Assembly: GCA_963664015.2 (NCBI GenBank)
Contig: CAXXLF010000002.1
Span: forward strand, 1,280,001 to 1,344,000
DNA from: Candidatus Binatia bacterium
GTDB taxonomy: Bacteria; Desulfobacterota; Binatia; UBA9968; CAXXLF01
DNA: 64,000 nucleotides
Direction of reading: 5' to 3'
Within the stretch, counting starts at the first letter, position 1; each line of letters begins with the position of its first letter. The translations under genes were made by a program, and so were the position numbers. Under the pieces are notes generated by a model. The model saw only the letters and a program-made list of their open reading frames with translations, ran no database searches and was not told the DNA's origin. Positions 8,601-19,966 of this stretch are shown piece by piece.

Positions 8601-9683
8601 TTATGCGGCCGTCTGGGTTATCAGCGGCCGGTAGTGGCCTCCCTTGGAAACCGGCGCGAGATCCTTGATGATGGTCTCCCAATGCTCGCCGCCATCTTTG
8701 CTCCAAAGAATCGTACCACCCGTGGTGCCGGCAAAGACCTGCGCTTGGCCGCCTGCGTCTTCGAGACACATGGCTTCGACGCTGTGCTGCATCTTGTCCT
8801 GCAGGCCGCCGCTCAAAACTTCCCAAGTAGCGCCTCCGTCGCGGCTCCTCGAAATCCTTGAATTCGCCCTGTGCTCAGTCCGCCATGCCCCGGGGCTCTT
8901 CTCCCCAGCAGAGATCAACATGTAATTGGGGTCGCTAGGCTTGAAGACCAGCTGGTCCGGATAGCCACCGTATTCGCTACCGGGGCTGAAGGTGTTTTCC
9001 CAAGTTGCGCCATCGTCTTTAGTCTGCCACAGACCCTGACCGCCGGTAACGTAGAGGTGCTTGGGGTTTTGGGGATTGACGATACAACGGTGCACGTCCT
9101 CGTAGACCCCGTCCAGCTCCTTCCAGGTCACACCGCCGTCAGTGCTCTTCAACAGGGCCCCGACCTCGATACTGCCGAAAATCGTGTTCGAATTTCCCGG
9201 CTGGAAACTGATGTGCTTCAAGTGCGGTGTATGGGGCGGTGCGGGAAAGGTCCATTTTTCACGACTGGGCACGCTTTTGAGACCAGGTCGTTCCGTCCAG
9301 TTCTGGCCGAGATCGTCGCTGATAAAAAGGGAGGCCGGCTCGGTCCCCGCAAAGAGTCTAACCTTGCCGTCCACGCGGGCCTTTGAAAGGCTGTAAATGT
9401 CATTTTCGGTGAGACCTTTGTCACGCTGTTCCCAGCTCTTACCACCGTCGGAGCTAGCGAAGATCCCCCCCTTGGTAACCCCTGCAAACCACTGGCCGCT
9501 TCCCTCTTCAAAGAGAAGTGCATGGACGTGCTTACCCTGGAGTGAGCGATTTGTCACCTTCCAGCCAGAACCTTCACGATCAATTGTCACGACACCGTCA
9601 AGGGTACCGACCAAGACCTGCGTGCTTAACGAACCTGAACTTAAGATGGTGTCACCACCACCATGGGATAGAGAAATAGCCAT
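8601..9683 (-). CDS. BNR/Asp-box beta-propeller protein
   Basis: Repeated SxDGGxxW boxes (SSDGGKSW, STDGGVTW, SRDGGATW, SKDGGEHW). Confidence 0.85.
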   Translation of the reverse strand: MAISLSHGGGDTILSSGSLSTQVLVGTLDGVVTIDREGSGWKVTNRSLQGKHVHALLFEEGSGQWFAGVTKGGIFASSDGGKSWEQRDKGLTENDIYSLSKARVDGKVRLFAGTEPASLFISDDLGQNWTERPGLKSVPSREKWTFPAPPHTPHLKHISFQPGNSNTIFGSIEVGALLKSTDGGVTWKELDGVYEDVHRCIVNPQNPKHLYVTGGQGLWQTKDDGATWENTFSPGSEYGGYPDQLVFKPSDPNYMLISAGEKSPGAWRTEHRANSRISRSRDGGATWEVLSGGLQDKMQHSVEAMCLEDAGGQAQVFAGTTGGTILWSKDGGEHWETIIKDLAPVSKGGHYRPLITQTAA

Positions 9684-9905
9684 AACCGTTGCTCCTTTCA
9701 GGCCGCCCTTGGGATGGTTGCGGCCAAAACCCTTTCATGGACAATAATCAACATAAATTCCATTCGGGACTATCGAGCACAAGACTGCACTTGCCGCTCG
9801 TTTGCGAGGAGTCTATCCAACACCGCACGGCTGTGTCAAGGTCACGAATCAAGAGATTATCTTAAAACGAGCCAGGCTCATGGTAAACTCGTCAAGGGTC
9901 TTTGT

Positions 9906-10607
9906 CTAGGAAATGACGCAGGAAAGCAATGTCTCGACAGCCGCTTCCGTATCGGTAAAGTCGGATACGCAGCCATCGGGTCCTAAAAGGTAAAGCTCCT
10001 CGAAGGGATATCGGCCGGTACCCACCAGAAGACACTTCATTTGGTTCCGCCTCGCCGCTTCGAGATCTTTGGGCGTATCGCCGACGATAAGGCAACGCTC
10101 GGCAGGAATCGGCTCTCCAAGGGCTTGCTCCCACCTTTCTCTGGCTATGACTGGCAAGTCGGGCCGGTTCGGGGAGTCGCTACCAAAGGCACCGATACTC
10201 AAATACTCACTCAATCCGACCGCTTCGAGCTTCAGTTTGCCCGTAATCTCCAGGTTTCCCGTAACAATCCCTTGGTAAACCCCTTCCTTTGCCTCCAGTT
10301 CCCGCAAAAGCTCTCGAACTCCGGGAAGTGAATGGAACCGGGTCCGCCCCTCTTGGATATTTTCGGAATAACTCTTGTGAAGGTTCACAGCAAAGGCAGC
10401 CCACTGATCCGCGGTTATCTCCAGATCGACGTTGGCTGTGGCAAAGATCTCTTCCAGGATCACTGGATCCGTGTTGCCGTCGGGAATGACCGATCGAATA
10501 TCCCCGGGGACCCCGAAGGTTTTTTCAATGGCCTGATTGAACGGAATGAACCCATTATGGGAGCGCAGAACGGTCCCATCGAGATCGAATAATATGAGAA
10601 CTTGCAT
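9906..10607 (-). CDS. HAD-superfamily hydrolase
   Basis: FDLDGT, TGN, VGDTPKD motifs. Confidence 0.88.
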   Translation of the reverse strand: MQVLILFDLDGTVLRSHNGFIPFNQAIEKTFGVPGDIRSVIPDGNTDPVILEEIFATANVDLEITADQWAAFAVNLHKSYSENIQEGRTRFHSLPGVRELLRELEAKEGVYQGIVTGNLEITGKLKLEAVGLSEYLSIGAFGSDSPNRPDLPVIARERWEQALGEPIPAERCLIVGDTPKDLEAARRNQMKCLLVGTGRYPFEELYLLGPDGCVSDFTDTEAAVETLLSCVIS

Positions 10608-10893
10608 TATCTTATTCGAGGGAAATTATTGCCACAATTTCCAAGGACCGGCAACCCCGTTCCCCGAAGGTCTTTGCTTCCTCGGCGAACGAGCCCAAAT
10701 ACGCAACTAGTTATCAGTCATAAGATCCGAACCTCTTTCTGCCATCTGCATACAGCCAACTTTCTTTCTTTTTGGGCTATGCGATTTGTTTATGAGCCGT
10801 TCCGTATTGCACTCAAAAGCATTCGGTGCCAGATTAGGGATGGCATGGGAGCGGCGGTGGACAGCAAAACGTACCGCAAAAGGAGCACCGACA

Positions 10894-11364
10894 ATGATTG
10901 AGAAGGCAACCTTTGCAGCAGGCTGTTTCTGGGGCGTTGAAGCGGCCTTCCGACGAGTCAAGGGAGTCACAACCACAGCGGTGGGCTATACCGGTGGTCA
11001 TCATAAAAACCCAACCTATGAAGACGTCTGCTCCGGATCCACAGGCCACGCGGAGGCCGTCCTGGTCGAATACGACCCTGCTCAGGTCTCATACGATGAT
11101 CTGCTCGCCGTGTTTTGGGGCAACCATGATCCCACCACTCCCAATCAACAAGGCCCGGATATCGGAGAACAGTACCGGTCCGCCATGTTTTTTCACAATT
11201 CAGGACAGAAGGAACGTGCGGAAGCTTCCAAAAGCGAGTTGGGAGCGAGCGGCCGGTTCAAACGTCCGATTGTTACCGAGATTACACCCGCCGCAGAATT
11301 TTTCCCGGCGGAAGATTACCATCAGCAGTATTTTGAAAAACGCGGGAATTCCTCCCACTTCTAA
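10894..11364 (+). CDS. msrA: Peptide-methionine (S)-S-oxide reductase
   Basis: [27 protein letters not shown]; ATG at 10894. Confidence 0.95.
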   Translation: MIEKATFAAGCFWGVEAAFRRVKGVTTTAVGYTGGHHKNPTYEDVCSGSTGHAEAVLVEYDPAQVSYDDLLAVFWGNHDPTTPNQQGPDIGEQYRSAMFFHNSGQKERAEASKSELGASGRFKRPIVTEITPAAEFFPAEDYHQQYFEKRGNSSHF

Positions 11365-11366
11365 CG

Positions 11367-11725
11367 TTATCGGCGATCAATAAAGCCCTCGCTATAGTCG
11401 CGACTCCTTTTCATCTGCCCCTGTTCGATGGTCTGGGCATCGATGGACCACGGCCCCGAGCAACTCGCTTCCATGATCGCGGTGGCTCGCGCGTAATCTC
11501 TCCCTGCACTGGCGCCCATAACGACAAATCCCATTCCCGTATCGGCAACGCATAAGACTCCACGCAACGGAATATTCACGGCGGTGATCAAACCCGCCAT
11601 GAACAATTTCCCCATGCTGGGACTAGGGGCATGAGTGGACGGTGGTATTTGATCTTGGGACGGCAGTGGACCCGAATGCATTATGATGAGAAATAGAATC
11701 ACAAAAAAATCCGTCCTTTTTTCAT
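11367..11725 (-). pseudogene. Small exported/membrane protein with a frameshift in a T7 run within its signal peptide
   Basis: ATG at 11725 gives MKKGRIFL*; one extra T in the run at 11703-11709 would restore MKKGRIFFVILFLIIMHSG... into the long frame. Confidence 0.5.
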
Positions 11726-11869
11726 GGATAGTTCCCCGATTGGACAATGCCTTTAAAGCGACCGGACTGGGACCTCAAGCAGGCTCACGCTACCACGATC
11801 GCGTTCAGGCTCCAATATTATTTATTGCAAAAATGATGTTAAAGATCTAAACAAAGAACTGTAATAACC

Positions 11870-13576
11870 ATGAGATTCAAGGCTTACCTATTTATTGCCT
11901 TCCTCGTTCCGGCACTGGTGCTCCCCGCCTTTGCCCAACAGCACCCGGCGGGGATTGTGGTCTCCGATACCTCACTGGCGACCGAGGCGGGGATGAAAAT
12001 CCTCCAGCAGGGCGGCAACGCGGTGGATGCCGCTGTGGCCACGGCTTTTGCACTTGGAGTGGTCAGCCCGGCAGGTTCGGGATTGGGAGGTGGCGGCCTC
12101 ATGGTGATTTACCAATCCAAGGAGCGAAAGGCCCACGCCCTGGATTTCCGCGAGACTGCGCCGGCAGCAGCGAAAGAGGACCTTTATGTGAAAGATGGAA
12201 AGGTCATGCGGGGCCTCAGCCTCAAGGGACCTCTTGCAGTGGCCGTGCCCGGACAGGTCGCCGGGCTGGCTGAGGTGTTGAAGCGGTTTGGAACTCTTCC
12301 CCTCGAAACCGTGCTCTCACCGGCCATCCGTTACGCAACGGAAGGCTTCCCCGTTCATGCCCCACTGCTCCGAGCGGTCAATCGTCATCGAACCGCCATG
12401 CTCGAGCTTCCCAATTTCTCTCGTATTTTTCTCAAGGCGGACGGCACCCCTTACCAAGAGGGGGAGATGCTCCGTCAGCCCGAACTTGGGCAGACCCTGA
12501 CGGCTATTGCCCGTAATGGCCCTCAGGTGTTTTACGAGGGATGGATCGCGAAGGCCATCGCCGCACACATACAACAAAAAGGTGGGATCTTGACCGCCGA
12601 AGACTTAAAAACCTACAAACCGGTCTGGAGAGGGCCGCTCTTGGGCAACTATCGCAATCGGCTGGTGGTCACGATGCCACCCCCCAGTTCAGGAGGAGTC
12701 GCCCTGCTTGAAATGCTAAACGTATTGGAGGGCTACCGTCTCAAGGAGCTTCGTCACAACTCATCCACGTATCTCCATCTCCTAACCGAAACCTCAAAAC
12801 ACGCCTTTGCCGATCGGGCCCAATACCTGGGGGATCCAGATTTTGTTAAAATCCCCAGCTCGAAACTCTTGTCCAAGAACTATGCGTCCCAGTTACGCAC
12901 CCGTATTTCTTCGGTCCGCACTCACAGCTCCGATTACTATGGCCTGGCTGCGTATAAGGAAGAGCGGGGAGGGACAACCCACTTTGGTGTGTTGGATAAG
13001 AACGGCAATGCCGTGGCATGTAGCCTGACAATCAATACCAGCTTCGGTTCCAAGGTGCTGGTACGGGAGACAGGCGTAATTCTCAACAACGAGATGGACG
13101 ACTTTTCTATCAGCCCGGGCGTTCCAAATACCTACGGGCTCGTTGGTGGCCAGGCAAACTCGGTCCAACCTAAAAAGCGCCCGCTGAGCAGCATGACCCC
13201 GACCATCATTCTTGAGAACGAGCGGCCCATTTTGATTGTTGGTGCCTCGGGGGGGCCCCGCATTATCAGTGGCACGGTTCAGACCATCCTCAACGTCTTG
13301 GAATTTAGCATGTCCGTCAAAGAGGCTGTTGCAGCCCCCCGCATCCACCATCAGTGGAAGCCCAACACGCTGATAGTCGAAAAGGATATCCCGGCGAGCA
13401 CCCGAGCCTCGCTCAAACGTCGAGGCCACAATGTCCAACAAAGGCGCTCGGTCGGAACGGTTCAGGCGGTCTTGGTCAGGCAAGGGAAGATCAGCGGAGC
13501 CGCCGACCCAAGAAGGACGAGGCGCAATGTTGCTACGAACTCAGTTGGAAACGGGAAGAAAACCAAAAAGCGTTGA
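11870..13576 (+). CDS. ggt: Gamma-glutamyltransferase, with signal peptide
   Basis: GGNAVDAA, DFRETAP, GTTHF nucleophile Thr, LNNEMDDF, RPLSSMTP. Confidence 0.95.
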   Translation: MRFKAYLFIAFLVPALVLPAFAQQHPAGIVVSDTSLATEAGMKILQQGGNAVDAAVATAFALGVVSPAGSGLGGGGLMVIYQSKERKAHALDFRETAPAAAKEDLYVKDGKVMRGLSLKGPLAVAVPGQVAGLAEVLKRFGTLPLETVLSPAIRYATEGFPVHAPLLRAVNRHRTAMLELPNFSRIFLKADGTPYQEGEMLRQPELGQTLTAIARNGPQVFYEGWIAKAIAAHIQQKGGILTAEDLKTYKPVWRGPLLGNYRNRLVVTMPPPSSGGVALLEMLNVLEGYRLKELRHNSSTYLHLLTETSKHAFADRAQYLGDPDFVKIPSSKLLSKNYASQLRTRISSVRTHSSDYYGLAAYKEERGGTTHFGVLDKNGNAVACSLTINTSFGSKVLVRETGVILNNEMDDFSISPGVPNTYGLVGGQANSVQPKKRPLSSMTPTIILENERPILIVGASGGPRIISGTVQTILNVLEFSMSVKEAVAAPRIHHQWKPNTLIVEKDIPASTRASLKRRGHNVQQRRSVGTVQAVLVRQGKISGAADPRRTRRNVATNSVGNGKKTKKR

Positions 13577-13583
13577 TTGCTTT

Positions 13584-14912
<1,329 letters not shown>

Positions 14913-16505
14913 TTAGAGCCTGACAAGTTGTGCCGAAAGGATATTCGGTAGGCGTCGCAACGCCTCGAGAACGTCTTTAGGTACCGAATGGTCTACATGG
15001 ATAAGAGAAATTGCAATTTCCCCACCATCTTCCTGCCCCAGTTCGAGCCCCGCGATATTGATGCCTTTTTCACCCAAAAGGGTTCCCAGTGCACCTACGA
15101 CCCCGGGCACATCCCGATTACGGAGAATGAGGATGTTGCCTTCAGGGACCGCCTCCAGATAGGTGTCGTTGATCTTGACGATCCTCGCTTTGTTATTTCC
15201 AAAGATCGCGCCTTCCACTTTGACCTCTTTGTCCTGGGTCGCGGCTCGTACCGTAATGGAGCTAGCGAAATCACTTGGGCGGCTACTTTTTGACTCCACG
15301 ACTCGTATTCCTCTCTCACGAGCCAGGAGCGGGGCGTTCACGTAGTTGACGCTCGACTCCATCACCGGCGTCAAAATCCCTTTCAAGACCGACAGGGTCA
15401 GAGGAGCCACGTCGTATTGGGCAACCTCTCCTGCGTATTCGATCTGCACTTCTTTAGGGACCGTGCCCAGCATCTGGGCCGGGAAGCTCCCAAGTTTTTC
15501 CCCCAGGATCAGGTAGGGCCTCAGTATGTTCAAGAGTTCCGGACTGACCGAAGGAACGTTAACCGCAAACCGGATAACCCCATGTGTAAGATAGTCCACC
15601 ACCTGCTTGGCCACCTCTATGCCTACGTTGAGCTGGGCTTCATCGGTAGAGGCCCCCAGATGCGGCGTCGTGATCACCTGGTCCATATGGAGGAACGGGT
15701 GATCCGGCGGAGGGGGTTCCTCGACAAATACATCAAGGGCTGCACCTGCGACTTTTCCATCCTGAAGGGCTTGAATCAGATCCTGCTCATCCACTATCCC
15801 GCCACGGGCGCAATTGATGATTCGGACCCCCTCCTTCATTTTGGCAATGGCGTTACGGTCAATGAGGCCACGGGTCTCATCGGTCAACGGGGTATGCACT
15901 GTAATAAAGTCGGCGTTCTTATAGATGTCATCCAGGCTCGCCAGGGTGACGCCAAGCCGTGCGGCATTTTCAGCAGTCACAAACGGGTCGTGGCCGAGGA
16001 CTTTCATCCTCAAGCCCAGGGCTCTCTCCGCCACAATCCGCCCCACGTTGCCGAGACCGACGATGCCGAGGGTCTTGTTGCAAAGCTCCACGCCGATGAA
16101 CTTCTGCCGCGTCCACTTCCCGCTTTTGAGGGAACTCACGGCCTGAGGGATATGGCGAGCTAGAGACATCATCAGGCAAATGGCATGTTCCGCCGTGGTG
16201 ACGTTGTTGCCGCCCGGGGTGTTCATGACCACGATGCCCTTTTTGCTAGCCGCTGCGATGTCGATATTTTCAACCCCGACTCCGGCCCTCCCGATAACCT
16301 TCAAATTTTGAGCGGCATCTACTACCTCTGCCGTCACCTTGGTACCGCTACGGATGACCAGGCCCTGGTAATCCCCGATCACCTTCTTAAGTTCCTCGGG
16401 AGACAAACCGGGGCGTAGATCAACATCAATGCCAGGGGTTTGTTTAAAAACCTGCAAGCCTTCTTCCGGCAAAGGATCGGTGACGAGAATCTTCATGTTG
16501 CTCAT
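14913..16505 (-). CDS. serA: D-3-phosphoglycerate dehydrogenase (type I, ASB+ACT)
   Basis: RAGVGVENID, GLGNVG, NCARGG, PHLGAST, C-terminal ACT domain. Confidence 0.95.
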   Translation of the reverse strand: MSNMKILVTDPLPEEGLQVFKQTPGIDVDLRPGLSPEELKKVIGDYQGLVIRSGTKVTAEVVDAAQNLKVIGRAGVGVENIDIAAASKKGIVVMNTPGGNNVTTAEHAICLMMSLARHIPQAVSSLKSGKWTRQKFIGVELCNKTLGIVGLGNVGRIVAERALGLRMKVLGHDPFVTAENAARLGVTLASLDDIYKNADFITVHTPLTDETRGLIDRNAIAKMKEGVRIINCARGGIVDEQDLIQALQDGKVAGAALDVFVEEPPPPDHPFLHMDQVITTPHLGASTDEAQLNVGIEVAKQVVDYLTHGVIRFAVNVPSVSPELLNILRPYLILGEKLGSFPAQMLGTVPKEVQIEYAGEVAQYDVAPLTLSVLKGILTPVMESSVNYVNAPLLARERGIRVVESKSSRPSDFASSITVRAATQDKEVKVEGAIFGNNKARIVKINDTYLEAVPEGNILILRNRDVPGVVGALGTLLGEKGINIAGLELGQEDGGEIAISLIHVDHSVPKDVLEALRRLPNILSAQLVRL

Positions 16506-16509
16506 ATAA

Positions 16510-17655
16510 TCACCGGTCCAGGGCTTCCATGAGAACTTCCTGGGCCGCTCCTACCCCCTGGCCTAGCTTTACTTTGTGACCGAATTTTTTCAATGCCATT
16601 TCAAACGCACCGATGGCCATCAGGACATCAAAGCTCCCCATATACCCCAGATGGGCAATCCGGAGGATCTTTCCCACCAGGTGGTCCTGCCCGCCGGCAA
16701 AGGCGACCCCCATGTCATGTAAAAGATAATCGAACAGTTTGACGCCATCGATTCCTTCAGGGACATAGATTCCAGTAACGGCCGGACTTGGATGTTCCGG
16801 TGCTAGCAGCTTAAGACCTAAAGCCCCCGCCGCGGCTCGCGTGGCCCGAGCCAATCGGTCATGGCGCTTGTAGATCTGCTCCAGGCCCTCCTCCTCAATG
16901 AGTTTCAGTGCCGCTCGAAGGCCAAGGATGAGGGAAATAGCGGGTGTGAACGCAGTCTCTCCCTTGTTCTGGCTCTTACGCTCCAACCGCAGGTCAAAAT
17001 AGTACCGGGGCGACTTTGCCGTCTCTGCTCTCTCCCACGCACGGTCGTTCAAGGAGATGAAACCCAGCCCCGGCGGAAGCATCAGGGCCTTCTGGGCACC
17101 GGTCATTAAAACGTCGATACCCCAATCGTCTTGCGGAAGAGGCAGGACACCGACCGCCGTGATTCCGTCCACGACCAGAAGGGGCCCATTACGCGTAAGT
17201 TGAGCGATCTCATGCACTGGATGTAAGACAGTCGTTGAGGTCTCACTGGCCTGGATCAAGAGGGCCTTGGCGTCTGGATGGACTTTTAAGGATTTGGCAA
17301 TCACTTCGACCTCGACCGCCTTGCCCCATTCCACTTTGATCTCTACGGCTTGGATGCCATAGGACTTACAGATCTTGAGCCACCGTTCACCGAATTTACC
17401 ACCGTTGACGACCAGGGCCTTCTCGCCTGGAGAAAGCAGGTTGGACACCGCAGCCTCCATGGCCCCAGTCCCGGAAGAAGCTAGCATAAGAACATCGCTC
17501 TTCGTGCCGAATAGGCGCTGCAGACCGCTGCGCACCTCGTTGAAGGCCTTGTTAAACGGGGCCGTCCTATGATGAACGATCGGTAAGGACATGGCCGCAG
17601 TGACTTCACTCGGGATGGGGGTCGGTCCGGGGGTAAATAGGTACTGTTTGATCAT
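16510..17655 (-). CDS. Class V PLP aminotransferase (serine-pyruvate/alanine-glyoxylate family; probable SerC substitute)
   Basis: TPGPT, SSGTGAMEA, ETSTTV, GAQKALMLPPG; ATG at 17655. Confidence 0.88.
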   Translation of the reverse strand: MIKQYLFTPGPTPIPSEVTAAMSLPIVHHRTAPFNKAFNEVRSGLQRLFGTKSDVLMLASSGTGAMEAAVSNLLSPGEKALVVNGGKFGERWLKICKSYGIQAVEIKVEWGKAVEVEVIAKSLKVHPDAKALLIQASETSTTVLHPVHEIAQLTRNGPLLVVDGITAVGVLPLPQDDWGIDVLMTGAQKALMLPPGLGFISLNDRAWERAETAKSPRYYFDLRLERKSQNKGETAFTPAISLILGLRAALKLIEEEGLEQIYKRHDRLARATRAAAGALGLKLLAPEHPSPAVTGIYVPEGIDGVKLFDYLLHDMGVAFAGGQDHLVGKILRIAHLGYMGSFDVLMAIGAFEMALKKFGHKVKLGQGVGAAQEVLMEALDR

Positions 17656-17665
17656 ATTTCCCAAT

Positions 17666-17697
17666 AAAAAAGCCTGAACCTCTTAAGAGACCCAGGC
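17666..17697 (-). terminator. Intrinsic terminator (riboswitch expression platform)
   Basis: Minus strand GCCTGGGTCTC-TTAA-GAGGTTCAGGC-TTTTTT; the 5' arm overlaps the aptamer 3' GCCUGGG. Confidence 0.8.
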
Positions 17698-17768
17698 GTT
17701 CGGTCTTCTCGATGCTTAGCGCTCCTCCGTGGTTCATTCCACAAATAATTAGACGCCAGTCGCGCAAA
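17689..17768 (-). ncRNA. ZMP/ZTP (pfl) riboswitch aptamer
   Basis: Minus strand GCGCGACUGGCG...GUGG-AAUGAA-CCAC-GGAGGAGCGC...GACCGAACGCCUGGGUC: conserved GACUGGCG, P2 GUGG/CCAC, and CGCCUGGG pseudoknot partner. Confidence 0.88.
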
Positions 17769-17946
17769 AGCCACCAAATGTCAGTTTTTTCCTATCCCAG
17801 AAGGTCCCCTTTGTCAACTCTCCTCTGAAAAAGGGCATCGGTCCCCAATACCAAGACGCTCCTCGGGAGACAATTCCTATACCACACACACACCTTGCCC
17901 CAATTGAGGAAAATTAGTAGGTTTAGGTGGCGATTGGACAACTCCT

Positions 17947-19956
17947 TTGGAACGAAAATACATTCTAAAACGAACCACGGACAGTCCCGTTCACAGTCTC
18001 TCTGGTATCGACTATCAAAAAGAACTGAACGAAGGGCAGTATTCGGCCGTAACAGCCACCGATGGCCCCCTGCTGGTCATTGCCGGTGCGGGAACGGGGA
18101 AGACGCGCACCCTCGTCTACCGGGTCGCCCATCTGGTGGACCAGCGGCTGGACCCGGCCTCCATCCTCCTTCTAACCTTCACACGGCGGGCCGCCGAGGA
18201 GATGCTGAGACGGGCCAGCCTCCTGATCGATACCCGATGTGAAAAGGTGGCCGGTGGCACTTTCCACTCTTTCGCCAATACGATGCTGCGACAATTCGGC
18301 TCAAAGATGGGTCTATCCCCTTCCTTCACTATCATGGACCGGTCCGACAGCCAGGACCTGATCCAATTAATACGCTCCGATATGGGGCTCAATACAAAGG
18401 AAAAACGCTTTCCCCGGAAGCAAACGGTGGCGGAGATCCACAGCATGGCAGTCAATAAGCAATTGCCCATGGCCGACCTCATCGAACGGGACTATCCTCA
18501 CCTCTACGACTCTAAAGATGATATTTTGAACCTGTGCGAACGATACGGGAAGTACAAACGAGATAGGGTCTTGATGGACTACGATGACCTCCTCACTCAA
18601 CTCAGGGACCTTCTCCAAGAGCATGAAGAGGTACGCCTTTGTCTTTCCGACCGCTACCGCTACATCCTGGTCGACGAGTATCAGGACACCAATCGACTGC
18701 AATCACAGATTGTTCGCCTGCTGGCGGCCACCCACGATAACGTCATGGTCGTGGGAGACGACGCTCAGAGCATCTACTCCTTCCGGGGCGCGGATTTTCG
18801 CAATATCATGGATTTCCCCCGCGACTTTCCAGGGACCAAGATTGTCTATCTGGAAGAGAACTACCGCAGTACCCAGCCAATTCTCACGTTCACCAACGAG
18901 ATCATACAGCGGGCAAAGGAACGGTACGATAAAAAACTCTTTACCAACAAAGAAAAAGGCACTACACCGCTGCTGGTTCGGGCAGAGAACGAACCCATGC
19001 AGTCTCGCTTCGTATGCCAGAAGGTTCTGGAATTACGGGAGGAGGGGGTTCCCCTGTGGGACATTGCGGTCCTCTTTCGTTCCGGCTTTCACTCTTTCGA
19101 TCTGGAGATGGAGTTAACGCGTCACAACATCCCGTTCGTCAAGCGCGGAGGATTCCAATTTATGGAGAGCGCCCATATCAAGGACCTACTGGCCCATCTT
19201 CGCATAGCCGCCAACCCTCAGGACACGGTCTCATGGAACCGGATCTTGTCGCTGCTCGAGGGAGTGGGCCCACAGCTGAGTCAGAAAGTGATCCATTGGG
19301 TACTCGAAAGCGGCATGCCATGGGAACGGCTTCGAAGTTATAACGCCAAGGGCAAGATCGCCGTTGCCTTGAAAACCCTCGCCCAGGTGATCGAGGCCTG
19401 TGACCAGTGGACCCGCCCCACCCAGCAAACCCAGTATCTCATGCAGTACTATCTGCCCATCCTCAAGCGAAAGTACCCCGACGATCATCCTAAACGAACC
19501 CGGGATCTGGAACACTTCCTGGGCATGACAGAGCGTTACCAGAGCCTTGATTGGCTCCTCAGCGACATGGCCCTGGAGCCTCCGAGCGACAACGCCGCCG
19601 GGACGCAGGAGGTGGATCCCGACGAGGGGCCGCTGGTGCTCTCGACCATACATTCGGCCAAAGGCCTGGAGTGGCACTCGGTTTTTATTCTATGGGTCCT
19701 GGAGGGAAGATTCCCCTCCTATTACAACATCCAGACCGAAGAGGAACTGGAAGAGGAACGCAGGCTTCTCTATGTAGCGGCCACCCGGGCTAAAGAAAAT
19801 CTCTTTATCACCTATCCCATTAAGGTCTTTGACCGTTCCCTTTCCGCGGTCCTTTCCCGGCCTTCCCAATTCATCGAGGGCATCTCAGCAGAGCTCCTAG
19901 AGCCGGTGTCCTTGGTGGAAGAAAATGAAGAGAATGAGGACTGGGAATTCAATTGA
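17947..19956 (+). CDS. UvrD/Rep/PcrA-family helicase
   Basis: AGAGTGKT, VDEYQDTN, GDDAQSIYSFRGA, STIHSAKGLEW, EERRLLYVAATRA. Confidence 0.93.
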   Translation: MERKYILKRTTDSPVHSLSGIDYQKELNEGQYSAVTATDGPLLVIAGAGTGKTRTLVYRVAHLVDQRLDPASILLLTFTRRAAEEMLRRASLLIDTRCEKVAGGTFHSFANTMLRQFGSKMGLSPSFTIMDRSDSQDLIQLIRSDMGLNTKEKRFPRKQTVAEIHSMAVNKQLPMADLIERDYPHLYDSKDDILNLCERYGKYKRDRVLMDYDDLLTQLRDLLQEHEEVRLCLSDRYRYILVDEYQDTNRLQSQIVRLLAATHDNVMVVGDDAQSIYSFRGADFRNIMDFPRDFPGTKIVYLEENYRSTQPILTFTNEIIQRAKERYDKKLFTNKEKGTTPLLVRAENEPMQSRFVCQKVLELREEGVPLWDIAVLFRSGFHSFDLEMELTRHNIPFVKRGGFQFMESAHIKDLLAHLRIAANPQDTVSWNRILSLLEGVGPQLSQKVIHWVLESGMPWERLRSYNAKGKIAVALKTLAQVIEACDQWTRPTQQTQYLMQYYLPILKRKYPDDHPKRTRDLEHFLGMTERYQSLDWLLSDMALEPPSDNAAGTQEVDPDEGPLVLSTIHSAKGLEWHSVFILWVLEGRFPSYYNIQTEEELEEERRLLYVAATRAKENLFITYPIKVFDRSLSAVLSRPSQFIEGISAELLEPVSLVEENEENEDWEFN

Positions 19957-19966
19957 TTGTTAGATC

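Noticed and set aside
10894-11364. Sec-containing MsrA
   Set aside because: The catalytic codon is TGT (GCFWG); no in-frame TGA
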